In this document: positions 46,619 to 57,038 of the stretch, one piece after another
How positions within the stretch are numbered: position 1 is the first letter of the stretch
How the letters are laid out: each line of letters begins with the position of its first letter
From: a virus
Reading direction: 5' to 3' (one strand)
IMG/VR virus record: IMGVR_UViG_3300018018_000001
Coordinates: 32,001-96,000 of that record
Length of the DNA stretch: 64,000 bases
Position numbers and translations under genes: made by a program
Notes under the pieces: generated by a model
Told to the model about the DNA's origin: nothing
The model's input: only the letters and a program-made list of their open reading frames with translations
Databases searched by the model: none

Positions 46619-47068
46619 ATGGATTGGAAAAATAAAGAAGAAGTTAAACAGTATCAAAAACAATATCAACATAACTATAATGAAAGAAATAAAAAACAAA
46701 TAGCGGAGCGTCATAAAAAATGGCATAAAATTAATTCTGAAAATTATAAGGAAAAGTATAAAAAAGTCATAAAAATTAATCATAAAAAATTATTTGATAT
46801 CTGTTTATCCCATTATGGACAGAAATGTTCTAAATGTAGTAGAATTGAAGAACTTTGTATAGACCATATAAATGGTCAAAATAATGGTAAATATTTAAAA
46901 GGAACTAATCTTTGGAGATGGCTAATTAAAAATAATTTTCCTTCAGAGTTTAGAACTTTGTGTAGAATTTGTAATATTATAGATGGTTATCTGCGAAAAG
47001 CTCAATATAGTAATAATTTAAAAGGAATTGATGATTTATTTAATTTATTAGCAAAAGGGGGAAAATAA
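46619..47068 (+). CDS. HNH-like endonuclease
   Basis: Paralogue of 20151; IDHING...RTLCRICN. Confidence 0.78.
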   Translation: MDWKNKEEVKQYQKQYQHNYNERNKKQIAERHKKWHKINSENYKEKYKKVIKINHKKLFDICLSHYGQKCSKCSRIEELCIDHINGQNNGKYLKGTNLWRWLIKNNFPSEFRTLCRICNIIDGYLRKAQYSNNLKGIDDLFNLLAKGGK

Positions 47069-47069
47069 T

Positions 47070-47489
47070 ATGAGTTTATTACCCATAGATCAATGGGAAA
47101 GTATGACATTAAAGGCTTTGCTTGCTCCTTTAGCTGCTATTTTAGTTTCTGAGTTGGCCAAGCTTAATCTTGATGCTTCTCAACTTACTCAGCTTTTACA
47201 AGCCATTCAAACCAAAATAACTGCCACTGTAGGCTTGGTTGCCGCTACTGCTTCATTTATTACAGCTATGGAAGCCTCAGGGTTTTATATCATAGTTTTA
47301 GATCCTCAACCTGGTGGTTGGTCAAGCAGATTACAATCATATGGTGGAGCACCTCCTAATACAGGATATTCAGCAGGAATGGCTGTGATAGCTCAGGCTG
47401 CAAGTATTAGTCCTGTTCTTAATTCATATACGGCTTTATTGAAGGTTTTGACAAGTCCATTACCAATACCCGGAGTACCCGCTCTATAA
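47070..47489 (+). CDS. Hypothetical baseplate-region protein
   Basis: 139 aa, helical, A/L-rich. Confidence 0.6.
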   Translation: MSLLPIDQWESMTLKALLAPLAAILVSELAKLNLDASQLTQLLQAIQTKITATVGLVAATASFITAMEASGFYIIVLDPQPGGWSSRLQSYGGAPPNTGYSAGMAVIAQAASISPVLNSYTALLKVLTSPLPIPGVPAL

Positions 47490-47497
47490 GAGGATTT

Positions 47498-47872
47498 ATG
47501 CCAGTAAAAGCCTTATATTCTGATCTTGATGAATCAAACATTTCGGCAACCTTGTTGTATGACATTGCCGATATTTATCAAGCCTTGGATAATCTCCTGA
47601 ATACAATTCCAGGAGAAAGATTATTCCTTCCAGAGTATGGGACTGATTTAGAACAGTATTTATTTGATCCTTTAAATGATGCTACTGCTTTTGCCATTTT
47701 GGGGGAGGTAGTAAATGCTATAACTCGATGGGAACCAAGAGTGAGGGTAAATTTTGGACAAAGCACTGTAACCCCTAATTATAATCAAAAAAGATATGAT
47801 CTTATTGTTTATTTTGATCTTGTGGGAATAGTTAATCAGCAATTCAATTATCAGGCGGGGGTGAGCAAGTGA
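47498..47872 (+). CDS. Baseplate wedge subunit (gp25-like)
   Basis: TIPGERLFLPEYGT..LFDP...RWEPRV. Confidence 0.92.
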   Translation: MPVKALYSDLDESNISATLLYDIADIYQALDNLLNTIPGERLFLPEYGTDLEQYLFDPLNDATAFAILGEVVNAITRWEPRVRVNFGQSTVTPNYNQKRYDLIVYFDLVGIVNQQFNYQAGVSK

Positions 47873-48453
47873 TTTGTAAAAAATGTAATATAGATAAATT
47901 ATCAACAAATTTTTCTAAAAGTGGGAAATATTTTAATATTTGGTGTAAAGAATGTATGGTAATTTATAGTAAAGAACATTATAGAAAAAATAAGGAAAAA
48001 ATTATAGCTTATCAGAAAAGCTACCAGGATGATAATAAAGAAAAATTGTGCAAATATAGAAAACAATATCGTAAAGATAATAAAGATAAATTACGTGAAG
48101 ATTGGAGACAATATAGAAAAAATCGTTGCCAAGTAGATACATCATTTAAGATATTAAAAAATTTACGTATTAGTTTACACCACTCATTAAAGAACAATCA
48201 GAAATCGGGGCATACATTAGAATTACTTGGTTGTTCTATTAATAATTTAAAGGCACATTTAGAAAGAAAATTTCTTCCAGGAATGAATTGGAAAAATTGG
48301 GGTAAAGGAAAGGATAAATGGAATATTGATCATATAAGACCCTGTTCTTCTTTTAATTTATCTCTCCCTGAAGAACAAGCAAAATGTTTTAATTACATAA
48401 ATTTACAACCATTGTGGGAAGAAGATAACCATAAGAAAAGTAATAAATATTAG
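47869..48453 (+). CDS. HNH homing endonuclease
   Basis: WNIDHIRPCSSF...CFNYINLQPLW. Confidence 0.85.
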   Translation: MICKKCNIDKLSTNFSKSGKYFNIWCKECMVIYSKEHYRKNKEKIIAYQKSYQDDNKEKLCKYRKQYRKDNKDKLREDWRQYRKNRCQVDTSFKILKNLRISLHHSLKNNQKSGHTLELLGCSINNLKAHLERKFLPGMNWKNWGKGKDKWNIDHIRPCSSFNLSLPEEQAKCFNYINLQPLWEEDNHKKSNKY

Positions 48454-48455
48454 GA

Positions 48456-50207
48456 GTGACTATGGGAAATATTATCCAACAAAGTTCTGTTTCACCAGAA
48501 GCCATAAAAGCCGATCTGGATGCTTTTATAAAATCAAAACCACCAGAATTAAGGTGGTTGGATTTTTTTGAAAGTGGTCCAGGGACTATAGTAGAAGAGT
48601 TAATAGCGGGTTTAGGATCTTTTAAATCCTACCAGGATTTAGCTGATAGAATTGAATCAACCCTTGATTTTGCTCGTTTGCTGAGTTCTGTTTATGAATT
48701 AGCATTTAACCGTGGATATTTGGTTCCCCCTGCTGAAGCCGCTCAAATAACTCTTTACATTATTCCTAATGTTACTATTTCTGTAACAGAAGCGGAATTG
48801 GTAGGGACAATAGGAAATTATAATCTTTATTCCCTAGAAAGTAAGACCATGCCCGTAGGGGTTCCTGTGTCTTTACAGACTGTGGTTGGGTACATAGATG
48901 CCCCTGAAGATTGGATTGTATCAGTTACCAGTACGCAACCATTCTCTACAATTGTAGTGGACTTAACTGCAAAGAATGTAGCTAGACAACTTGAAAGACT
49001 TATGAGTGGGTCTAGTGTAATAACTCTGGTTGATGATATTATATCTCCTGGAGGAAGCCAAAGAGTTATCCCCTTGGATACTATAATTGGTCTTACTGAT
49101 CCTCAGATATTGACCATGATTCATAGTCTTATTGCTGCAGGTTCACCTAATCCTGATATTTATGTTCTTAGGAGAGCTAGACCAAATCAGGTTAGGATTT
49201 ATTTGGGTAATGGTACTCTTGGGTTTTATGACCCCAGTGTTACCGAATTGGAATACAGAAGATTAACTTTTGATGACAACGTGAACAATATTTTGGGGGA
49301 TACCCCTGCTTTATCCATTGATGCTAATATAGCTTCTGTAAATGTGGATAATAGTGCCGCTCCTCTCCCCACTACTGAGAGCGTCCGGGGAACATCAAGA
49401 TACTTTCCTGTGGATGGAAGGGTGGTCCAGGATGGTGATTATGGTAGAGTTATTATGAAATACTATTCAGCATTTCTCTATGATGCCTTTGCCAAATACT
49501 TGGATTGGGATATAGATATGCCTGATTTGAAAGCACTCTTTTCAGACATTAATACATCTACTAATATAGTTACTATTGTTGCTCATGGGTTAGTTGAAAA
49601 TCAACCAGTTAGGTATCAGGCTACTGCTAATCCTGTTGGGGGTTTAACTGTAAATACAATCTATTATGTGGTAAATGTTACTACTGATACTTTCCAGGTT
49701 TCTTCTACCCCAGCCGGTTCAGCTATTCATTTTACTTCTCAAGGAACAGGCTATGCTGTTTTTGCTAATCCTGAGGTTGAAATAGTTAAACTCTTGGTTA
49801 ATCCTTCTTTTACTCCAAGTATTTTATCTCAAATCCAGAGTTTGATAAATAGCAGAATGGCTCAGGGAATTAGGGTAGAATATGATCAAATTCCAACTAC
49901 TGTTGGAAAAACTCTTTCCGCTACTTTTGTTACTCTTCCTGGACAATTGACAGATCCACTTAGGAGTCAAGCGGAAATTTTCTTATCTTCTCTGACAAAC
50001 AAGTTTGCTATAAACTATACTATTGTATCTACAGGGATACAGGCTGTTCCTACCCCGCCCCCTGTTTATACGTTAGTGAGTTTGTGTGTCGAACTTTCTG
50101 CTCAATTAGGAATAGCGGTTCTCCCAGGTGATTCCAATTTTGTAACCTTAGCCCCTGGAGAGTTTATACAAGATCCAATAATCGTGACTTGGACAGTTCA
50201 ATCATAA
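48456..50207 (+). CDS. Baseplate wedge protein (gp6/gpJ-like) with an inserted beta domain
   Basis: DFARLLSSVYELAFNRGY; GRVVQDGDY. Confidence 0.8.
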   Translation: MTMGNIIQQSSVSPEAIKADLDAFIKSKPPELRWLDFFESGPGTIVEELIAGLGSFKSYQDLADRIESTLDFARLLSSVYELAFNRGYLVPPAEAAQITLYIIPNVTISVTEAELVGTIGNYNLYSLESKTMPVGVPVSLQTVVGYIDAPEDWIVSVTSTQPFSTIVVDLTAKNVARQLERLMSGSSVITLVDDIISPGGSQRVIPLDTIIGLTDPQILTMIHSLIAAGSPNPDIYVLRRARPNQVRIYLGNGTLGFYDPSVTELEYRRLTFDDNVNNILGDTPALSIDANIASVNVDNSAAPLPTTESVRGTSRYFPVDGRVVQDGDYGRVIMKYYSAFLYDAFAKYLDWDIDMPDLKALFSDINTSTNIVTIVAHGLVENQPVRYQATANPVGGLTVNTIYYVVNVTTDTFQVSSTPAGSAIHFTSQGTGYAVFANPEVEIVKLLVNPSFTPSILSQIQSLINSRMAQGIRVEYDQIPTTVGKTLSATFVTLPGQLTDPLRSQAEIFLSSLTNKFAINYTIVSTGIQAVPTPPPVYTLVSLCVELSAQLGIAVLPGDSNFVTLAPGEFIQDPIIVTWTVQS

Positions 50208-50222
50208 AATTAGGAGGTAGTT

Positions 50223-50651
50223 ATGTCTAATCAGTTGTATGGAAAAGCAAGAGAAAAATTCCTTGGAACCAATGGTGTTAATAGTATTGACTGGCTTGCG
50301 GATGAAATCCGGGCTATGTTGGTTGATATAACCCAATATACTGTAAACATCAATGTGGACGAATTTTTAAGTGATGTTCCTGCACTTGCTCAAGTAACCC
50401 CTGTAGCTGGATGCCCTATTTTGGGGGTTAAGACTGCCACGTTAGGGGTAGCAAATGCTTCTGGGGCTACATTTGGGTCTGTTAGTGGGGCTAATTGTGG
50501 GGCTTTACTTCTCTTTAAAAATACAGGGAATCAAACCACTTCCCCCTTGATTGCCTATATTGACACGGCTACTGGATTGCCTGTAGCACCAAATGGTGGG
50601 CCTGTAGCAATACAATGGGATACAGGAACTAACAAAGTATTCAAATTATAA
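50223..50651 (+). CDS. Putative minor tail protein
   Basis: Paralogous to the N-terminus of 51745 (IDW..D.I...L.D; PLI.YIDT..GLP..PNG..I.WD.G.NK.F). Confidence 0.6.
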   Translation: MSNQLYGKAREKFLGTNGVNSIDWLADEIRAMLVDITQYTVNINVDEFLSDVPALAQVTPVAGCPILGVKTATLGVANASGATFGSVSGANCGALLLFKNTGNQTTSPLIAYIDTATGLPVAPNGGPVAIQWDTGTNKVFKL

Positions 50652-50670
50652 GATTGCTGAGGTATAATAT

Positions 50671-51732
50671 ATGCCAGCACTTCAGACTATTGACCTCAGT
50701 GGCCAAGGAATAGGGTCAGAAGAGTTTGTTTCATCAGGCTCAACTTTGACTCAGATTCTTAGGATATCAGGTATTCCTTCAGAAACAGCTTTTGGTTCTG
50801 ACACCTTGACTTATGACCAGACTATCCAAATTTTAGGAATACCTTCTGCTGAAGCTATTGGTAGAGTGGTAATAGTCCCTGGTTTATCAATTATAAACCT
50901 TGTAGGGGAGGGGATTCCTTCTGAAGAGGCTTTTGGGACCCCCTCATTACCTCAAGCAATTCTTTTAACTGGAATACCCTCTGAAGAGGCTTTTGGGACC
51001 CCGTATATTCAAGGTATCCCGGCCAACTGGAGTTTAAAATATCTACCTCCTCATAACCAAGTGCAAAGTTTGTATGACGATTTGATTTGCCCTTGTATAG
51101 ATTTTGTGATGCTCCAGGATTTTGTTGCTTTTAGACCTGTGGTTGATCAAGATATACTTCAACAGGCACGTGCGCTTCTTGTTGCTGGTGACAATGAGGC
51201 CCTTTTAGCCTACTTCAGATCTTTGATTAAGCCTATTGTAGGAACTTATAGGGTAATCAAGCTTGTAATAAGCTTTATGGGATTTGGAGATCAGACTATT
51301 TTGTATTGGTATCAGTATTTTAATCCAAGTTCAATTCCTAGTTCTCTTAATCCTTGTGGGGGAAATGTAGTTTTACCTGCGGGGATAAAAGGAAATGATT
51401 TTTATTTTAAAGTTGTTGCTGGAGTAATAGTAGGTTCTACTTTTGGCCCTATAAAAGCGGATAATCCGGCCAATGCCCAAGCTCTTATGCAAAATTTGAG
51501 TAATAACTATGACTTATTAACAAACTTTATAATTCAGTATAAGAATGAACGAAGCACTCTTGAAGCTCTTAAACTTGCCATTACATATTATATTGGTGGC
51601 CCTTATTATGGGGTTGGAATATTCCCTGGAGAAAAAATTGAGATATATGATCCTACTATTAGTGGACAAACTGCTTTGGATGAGCGGGGATCTGTCTGGC
51701 TGATTCCTAATACTTTCCCTTGTGGCATATAA
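50671..51732 (+). CDS. Baseplate wedge/tail protein with GIPSxEAFG repeats
   Basis: Four to five GIPSEEAFGTP-like repeats followed by a helical wedge-like domain. Confidence 0.55.
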   Translation: MPALQTIDLSGQGIGSEEFVSSGSTLTQILRISGIPSETAFGSDTLTYDQTIQILGIPSAEAIGRVVIVPGLSIINLVGEGIPSEEAFGTPSLPQAILLTGIPSEEAFGTPYIQGIPANWSLKYLPPHNQVQSLYDDLICPCIDFVMLQDFVAFRPVVDQDILQQARALLVAGDNEALLAYFRSLIKPIVGTYRVIKLVISFMGFGDQTILYWYQYFNPSSIPSSLNPCGGNVVLPAGIKGNDFYFKVVAGVIVGSTFGPIKADNPANAQALMQNLSNNYDLLTNFIIQYKNERSTLEALKLAITYYIGGPYYGVGIFPGEKIEIYDPTISGQTALDERGSVWLIPNTFPCGI

Positions 51733-51744
51733 GAAGGAATTAAG

Positions 51745-53157
51745 ATGGCAAATGTATTTTATTCCAATGGAATTTATGGAATAATCCATAATACAATTAA
51801 TTGGATTTCTGATACAATTAAAGTAGTCTTAATTGATATTTCTAATTATACCTTAGATCAGATCTATGATCAATATCTTTCAACAATTCCCTCAAATGCT
51901 AAAATAGCTATTTCTTCAGCACTTACAGGAAAAAGTCTAACCAGTAATATTGCTAATGCTGATAAAATTATTTTACCTTCTGTGACAGGATCTATTGGAG
52001 CTATTGTCTTATTTAAGGATACAGGGAATCCAGCTACTTCTCCTCTAATTCTTTATATAGATACTTCTATAGGATTACCAACTATAAGAAATAATCAAGA
52101 CTTTACAATTACATGGGATAAAGGAGCAAACAAAATATTCTCTTATGATCCACAAACTGTCGCTTTACTTCATTTTGATGGAATAATTAGTGGAGTTTAT
52201 ACATATCCTTTAGATGAGTCTGGAAATGTTTGGTTTAATGGGGCTCTTGCAGGTAATATTTCTTTATCTTCAGTTTGGAAAGCCTTTGGTCCTACGTCTG
52301 GACATTTTATAGGGGGATCTGCTGGAATTAGTATTTCTGACGATTCCAATTGGAGTTTTGCAACTAATCCGTTTACAATAGATTTTTGGTTTAAAACTAC
52401 ACAATCTCCTACTCAAATTTTTCTGGTTTATAAAGGAACTAATATAGGAACAAATGTAAACTTTTGGTTCCGTATTAATAATGGTAAGCTTGATTTTATT
52501 CCTGATTATAATGCTAATAGATTATTACATTTATTAACTTCTATTAATACTATTAATGATGGAAATCCTCATCATGGAGCTATAGTAAGAAATGGAGATA
52601 CTTTCACTCTTTATGTAGATGGAATATCTCAACAATCTGTAACTTTAGCTGGATTTAATATGTACCAAACATCGGATACTCTTACAATAGGATCTTTAGC
52701 AGCAGGTGGTGTTTATGTTGGATATTTAGATGAATTTAGAATAAGCAAAGGAATTGCTAGATGGACATCTAATTTTACTCCTCCAACAAGTGCTTATAGC
52801 CCTCATATAATTGGTATACCAAATAATTTTCTACCTTTTTCTTTCCCTTTTCTTAATTTTTCTTGTTCTCATCCCATTCCTATTACTGCTATTATAGTAA
52901 CTTCTGTTAGTCCAGGTAGTGGTGCTTTAGCAGGAGGATATCCAGCTAACATCTATGGAAGTAATTTTAATAATTTGAATTCACTAACTACTGTTAAATT
53001 TGGTGGAATTCCGGCAACTAATGTATCTTTAATAAATTCTGGACAAATATCTTGCACTGTTCCACCAGGGTTAATTCCTAATTCCTATGTAGATGTAACT
53101 GTTCAATGTGGTTTTAATAGTAAGACTTTATATAATGGGTTCACTTATACCCCATAA
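51745..53157 (+). CDS. Tail-associated adhesin: minor-tail domain plus LamG/concanavalin-like plus IPT/TIG
   Basis: LLHFDG...FTIDFW...YLDEFRISKG; C-terminal SPGSG..AGG...IYGSNF TIG domain. Confidence 0.8.
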   Translation: MANVFYSNGIYGIIHNTINWISDTIKVVLIDISNYTLDQIYDQYLSTIPSNAKIAISSALTGKSLTSNIANADKIILPSVTGSIGAIVLFKDTGNPATSPLILYIDTSIGLPTIRNNQDFTITWDKGANKIFSYDPQTVALLHFDGIISGVYTYPLDESGNVWFNGALAGNISLSSVWKAFGPTSGHFIGGSAGISISDDSNWSFATNPFTIDFWFKTTQSPTQIFLVYKGTNIGTNVNFWFRINNGKLDFIPDYNANRLLHLLTSINTINDGNPHHGAIVRNGDTFTLYVDGISQQSVTLAGFNMYQTSDTLTIGSLAAGGVYVGYLDEFRISKGIARWTSNFTPPTSAYSPHIIGIPNNFLPFSFPFLNFSCSHPIPITAIIVTSVSPGSGALAGGYPANIYGSNFNNLNSLTTVKFGGIPATNVSLINSGQISCTVPPGLIPNSYVDVTVQCGFNSKTLYNGFTYTP

Positions 53158-53173
53158 ATTTAAGGAGTAAATT

Positions 53174-55060
53174 ATGCCTACTCAATTTTTTGCAGTTATA
53201 ACGGCAGCGGGTCTTGCGGAATTGGCTGCTGCGGTATCTGGTAGCTACTTACTTAATTTCTCTGAAATTAGGGTGGGGGATGGAAATGGTGCTTACCATA
53301 ATCCTGGAGGAAGTATTACCCATTTTGCCAGTAACGGACTTGGAGGAACTAGAGTTACTTCTCCTGGACATGACCTTGTAAATGGGGAATCAATTGATAT
53401 TAGTGGGACTTCACACTATGATTCTCTTCCGCTACACTTTACAGTTTCAAATGCCAATATAGGTGCAGGGACTTTTGATATTAATATAGCATTTACTGTA
53501 GATGATGCTATAGGCCAATGGAATCGACTTGATTTAGTTCATCAAGTATGGCCAGTCTCAGGGGCGGGTGGCCCAATTAATGCTGTTTATGTGCATCCTG
53601 ATCATGCCAATTGGCTTGTTATTGAAGGGTACATTCCAGCGGCTGAAGGTGGATTTACTGTTCGTGAGGTGGCTTTAATTAGTCCTGGAATATCCGGGGA
53701 TGTTGTGTTTTCTGTTGGTATAGTTCCTGTGTCTGAAAAGCCTATTATTACTGATGGGTCTGTTAAAGATCTTTATTTTAGGATGATTTTGGTGACTTCT
53801 AATGTGAGTTCTATAACTTTGGTAACAGACCCCAATGTTGTTTTGGCTTCTCAAACTTATGTCCAATTATTTGCTAAATGGGCTTCTGAAACAGAAAGAC
53901 TCATAACAGGAGTTACTTTTGAAGCCCCTGTAACTCAGGGGGATGCTGTTTATTACAATCCATCAACTAATAAATTTGGACAGGCTATTGCTGATGGAAC
54001 AATCAAACAAAGAGTTCTTGGTTTTGCTGATATATCCCATTGTTGCGTTATTAGGGGTGGATATTTCCCATGGCCAAGTCCTGTATTGACCCCTGGTTCT
54101 GTTTATTATCTGTCAACAACTGTCTTGGGTGGTATTACTATTACTCCTCCGACTAGATATACTGTAGAGATGGGTGTTGCCCTTTCTACCAGTGTTATGG
54201 ACGTTATGGTGGATGATATCCTGAGTGCTTATGAAGATAGGGCTATGACTTTTGATAGTTTGGGGGATGTGGGATTCCTACGTAGCATTACTGCCGCTTT
54301 TGATATTTCTGCAGGAAATAATATTATCGCAGGGGCTTTAGTACAATCTCCTAATGTAAATGTTCTAAATCAATTGGGAGTAGGATCTGCAGGTGGGTTT
54401 CCCTCACTTTTGGTTGATAATGAAGGGGATATTTATGTTAATGGAGGTGCGGATAATATTTGGAAACTTTTCTATGAAGGAACTACAGTAATTTATATAG
54501 GTCCAACAAAGGATGTTTATATTTATGAGGCTGGTAGTTTAAGATCTTTTAGTGTAACTTCAGTTGTTAATGCTATTCCAATAGGTAATTCTTCAGGTAA
54601 AATTGATCCAAGTTGGTTTCCAAGTGGCTCTACTACTCCTTATCCGAATGCTGTAGCTGGAACATCCGCATTTGTAGCTGATACTGGATTTGTATCTCCA
54701 GCAATAGGAGATGGTGGTGGATTTGAGGCAATTTATGCTCCAATGATATATATACCCGCTAATGCTGTTTGGTTAAATATATATGGTACTTTACAATCTA
54801 ATGGTGCTTCCCAACCTGTTGCTGTAGCATGTGCTTCTGTGGGGGGAACATTGGGTTCCGCAGGGAGTAGGATTGCAGAGAGTCAAGTAGTTTCAATTAA
54901 TGATATAGACCCATCTCATGTATACCCCTTTACATTGAGAATTAATTGTACCGGAATAACTCCAGGACCATACCTTTTAGCTGTTGGAACTAGAGGTGGT
55001 GGAGTATCACCTTGGGTTCCACTTTTTGGTATTAGTTTACCTTATTGGAATCCAACTTAG
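53174..55060 (+). CDS. Tail fibre with P2 gpH-like (DUF3751-like) N-terminus
   Basis: VITAAGLAE...VGDGNG...GGFTVREVAL...LASQTYV. Confidence 0.85.
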   Translation: MPTQFFAVITAAGLAELAAAVSGSYLLNFSEIRVGDGNGAYHNPGGSITHFASNGLGGTRVTSPGHDLVNGESIDISGTSHYDSLPLHFTVSNANIGAGTFDINIAFTVDDAIGQWNRLDLVHQVWPVSGAGGPINAVYVHPDHANWLVIEGYIPAAEGGFTVREVALISPGISGDVVFSVGIVPVSEKPIITDGSVKDLYFRMILVTSNVSSITLVTDPNVVLASQTYVQLFAKWASETERLITGVTFEAPVTQGDAVYYNPSTNKFGQAIADGTIKQRVLGFADISHCCVIRGGYFPWPSPVLTPGSVYYLSTTVLGGITITPPTRYTVEMGVALSTSVMDVMVDDILSAYEDRAMTFDSLGDVGFLRSITAAFDISAGNNIIAGALVQSPNVNVLNQLGVGSAGGFPSLLVDNEGDIYVNGGADNIWKLFYEGTTVIYIGPTKDVYIYEAGSLRSFSVTSVVNAIPIGNSSGKIDPSWFPSGSTTPYPNAVAGTSAFVADTGFVSPAIGDGGGFEAIYAPMIYIPANAVWLNIYGTLQSNGASQPVAVACASVGGTLGSAGSRIAESQVVSINDIDPSHVYPFTLRINCTGITPGPYLLAVGTRGGGVSPWVPLFGISLPYWNPT

Positions 55061-55151
55061 TTTTTTTGAAGAAAAGGTGTAATAGTAAAGGGGCTTTGGT
55101 GTTATTATATAGAGTAGGATTTCAAAATAAAAAAATAAGAGGGGGGGTTTT

Positions 55152-57029
55152 ATGCAGATTGTGAAAGTAAATTTGGGGGAAAATCACTTTATAAATATGT
55201 CAGGGGATTGGCATAAAGGGACAAAACTTCATGATGCTGGGGCCGTTGAACAAACAATTGAGGATACTTTACAGCCTGATACCTTTTTTGTTGGCATGGG
55301 GGATTTAGTAGAGGCCATTACCGTAGATGATAAGCGGTATGAAAGCAAACTTCATAAAAAGACTGTAATTGAACAGTATGATGACGTTGAGGAGATTGTC
55401 AAAAGAGTAAAAAGCAAAACAATTCTACACCTTATGGGGAACCATGATTGGACTCTAAGCCGTAGATATGGGGATATGGTTGAATCCATGTGCAAGAGTC
55501 TGAAGGTAAAATATGGGGATTATTCCTCAGTAATTTGCGTTTACGCAGATCCAGGTTATCCCATTTCCCCACGTGATAACAAAGACTTAGAGCTTGAATA
55601 CCTACTGTATAAAATTTATGTCAATCATGGGTTTGGTTCCATTCAATCCAGGATTGATTCCACAAGTGAGCGGAAACATAGTGTAGATAGGTCCCTAAGA
55701 CGAAAATTGTTCATGAAATTCGATGATTGCAGGGTTATGGCTATGGGGCATTGCTTTTCAGAGGATACAGAGGCTTTAACTTTAGAAGGATGGAAGAATT
55801 ATCAAAATTTAAATATTGGGGATAAGATTTTGACTTTTAATATGGAAACTTCCCAATCAGAGTGGCAACCAATAGAAAATAAATATGTTTATCAGGATAA
55901 ATTTGATAATATGCTCTTTTGTGAAAACAGAGTAATAGATTTTGGAATTACTCATGACCATAGGGTAATTTTTAAAACTACTGGAAAAAATTGGAAAGAG
56001 GATATAGCTAAAAATGTATTGAAATATTCTCAAATTGCTATCCCAGTTGCTGCTCCTTCTGGCCTTCCCGAATATCAGTTATCAGATGACAAAATTAGTC
56101 TATTAGGTTGGTTAGTCTCTGAAGGTCATTTTAGAGAAAACGGAGCAGTTCAATTATTTCAATCTTGGTCTAAAAAAGATAAAATTGAAGGAATTTTACA
56201 ATCTCTTGGGATTAAATACTCTTTATATAGAAGAAAATTTGAAGGAAAAGAATTTTTTGATCCAAAAATGGGTAAATACTATAAAACTAAAGAAGATTGT
56301 GCAACTTTTTATATTACTATTGAAGATTCTAAGCCCATTATTGATTTAATTCAAGAAAAAAATATTCCATCTTTTGCTTTTAAATTTTCAGATAGACAGT
56401 TTCTTGTTTTATTAAAATCCTTAATAGCAGGGGATGGAGAATGGCAAAATGAAGAAAGATCAGGATCTTATTATACAGGGGATAAATCCTTGGCTGATAA
56501 TCTTCAAGCTCTTAGTATAAGTCATGGTTGGAGAGCCAATGTAAAAAAACATAAAGAAGGTTGGAGGGTTTTGTTATGTAATAAACCTAATGTCCATATT
56601 TTTAGTAAAAATTCTCATATTCCTAAAAATCCTTGGAAAGAAGATAAAGCAACTAAAACTGTCTGGTGTGTGACTGTACCTAATTCCACTTTATTTGTTA
56701 GAAGAAATGGAAAAGTTTGCGTATTGGGAAATACCCATCGACTGGTCATTATCCCCCCCTCTGATTCTCTTGGCCTCCATGTGGATCAGGATGGGGCAAA
56801 GGGTAAAGAAATTCATTCTCATTACGCAGGATTGGCCATAAGTGAGAATGGTTATATCCCTCCTGAAGGCCGGTGGTATGTGAATACAGGTGGCTACCTC
56901 AGGATGTACGGGGAAGGGGTAACTGGGTACTCTGAAGTGCGCGGTTATGATCCTTTAGAGATTGGATATGCTAGAATAATTTGTGAAGATGGAGAAATAA
57001 CAAATATTAAAAGAGTGGTCTTAGGATAA
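55152..57029 (+). CDS. Calcineurin-like metallophosphoesterase interrupted by an intein
   Basis: GDWH, GDLVE, GNHD, HG, GH|TH motifs. Confidence 0.88.
   Translation: MQIVKVNLGENHFINMSGDWHKGTKLHDAGAVEQTIEDTLQPDTFFVGMGDLVEAITVDDKRYESKLHKKTVIEQYDDVEEIVKRVKSKTILHLMGNHDWTLSRRYGDMVESMCKSLKVKYGDYSSVICVYADPGYPISPRDNKDLELEYLLYKIYVNHGFGSIQSRIDSTSERKHSVDRSLRRKLFMKFDDCRVMAMGHCFSEDTEALTLEGWKNYQNLNIGDKILTFNMETSQSEWQPIENKYVYQDKFDNMLFCENRVIDFGITHDHRVIFKTTGKNWKEDIAKNVLKYSQIAIPVAAPSGLPEYQLSDDKISLLGWLVSEGHFRENGAVQLFQSWSKKDKIEGILQSLGIKYSLYRRKFEGKEFFDPKMGKYYKTKEDCATFYITIEDSKPIIDLIQEKNIPSFAFKFSDRQFLVLLKSLIAGDGEWQNEERSGSYYTGDKSLADNLQALSISHGWRANVKKHKEGWRVLLCNKPNVHIFSKNSHIPKNPWKEDKATKTVWCVTVPNSTLFVRRNGKVCVLGNTHRLVIIPPSDSLGLHVDQDGAKGKEIHSHYAGLAISENGYIPPEGRWYVNTGGYLRMYGEGVTGYSEVRGYDPLEIGYARIICEDGEITNIKRVVLG
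55752..56732 (+). mobile_element. Intein (327 aa) with LAGLIDADG endonuclease
   Basis: CFSEDT; ITHDH; LLGWLVSEGH and LIAGDG motifs; VWCVTV...LGN|T. Confidence 0.93.
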
Positions 57030-57038
57030 AGTATTAAT

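Noticed and set aside
55061-55151. sigma70 promoter before the phosphoesterase
   Set aside because: Only an extended -10-like TGTTATTAT is present, with no properly spaced -35; too weak to call.
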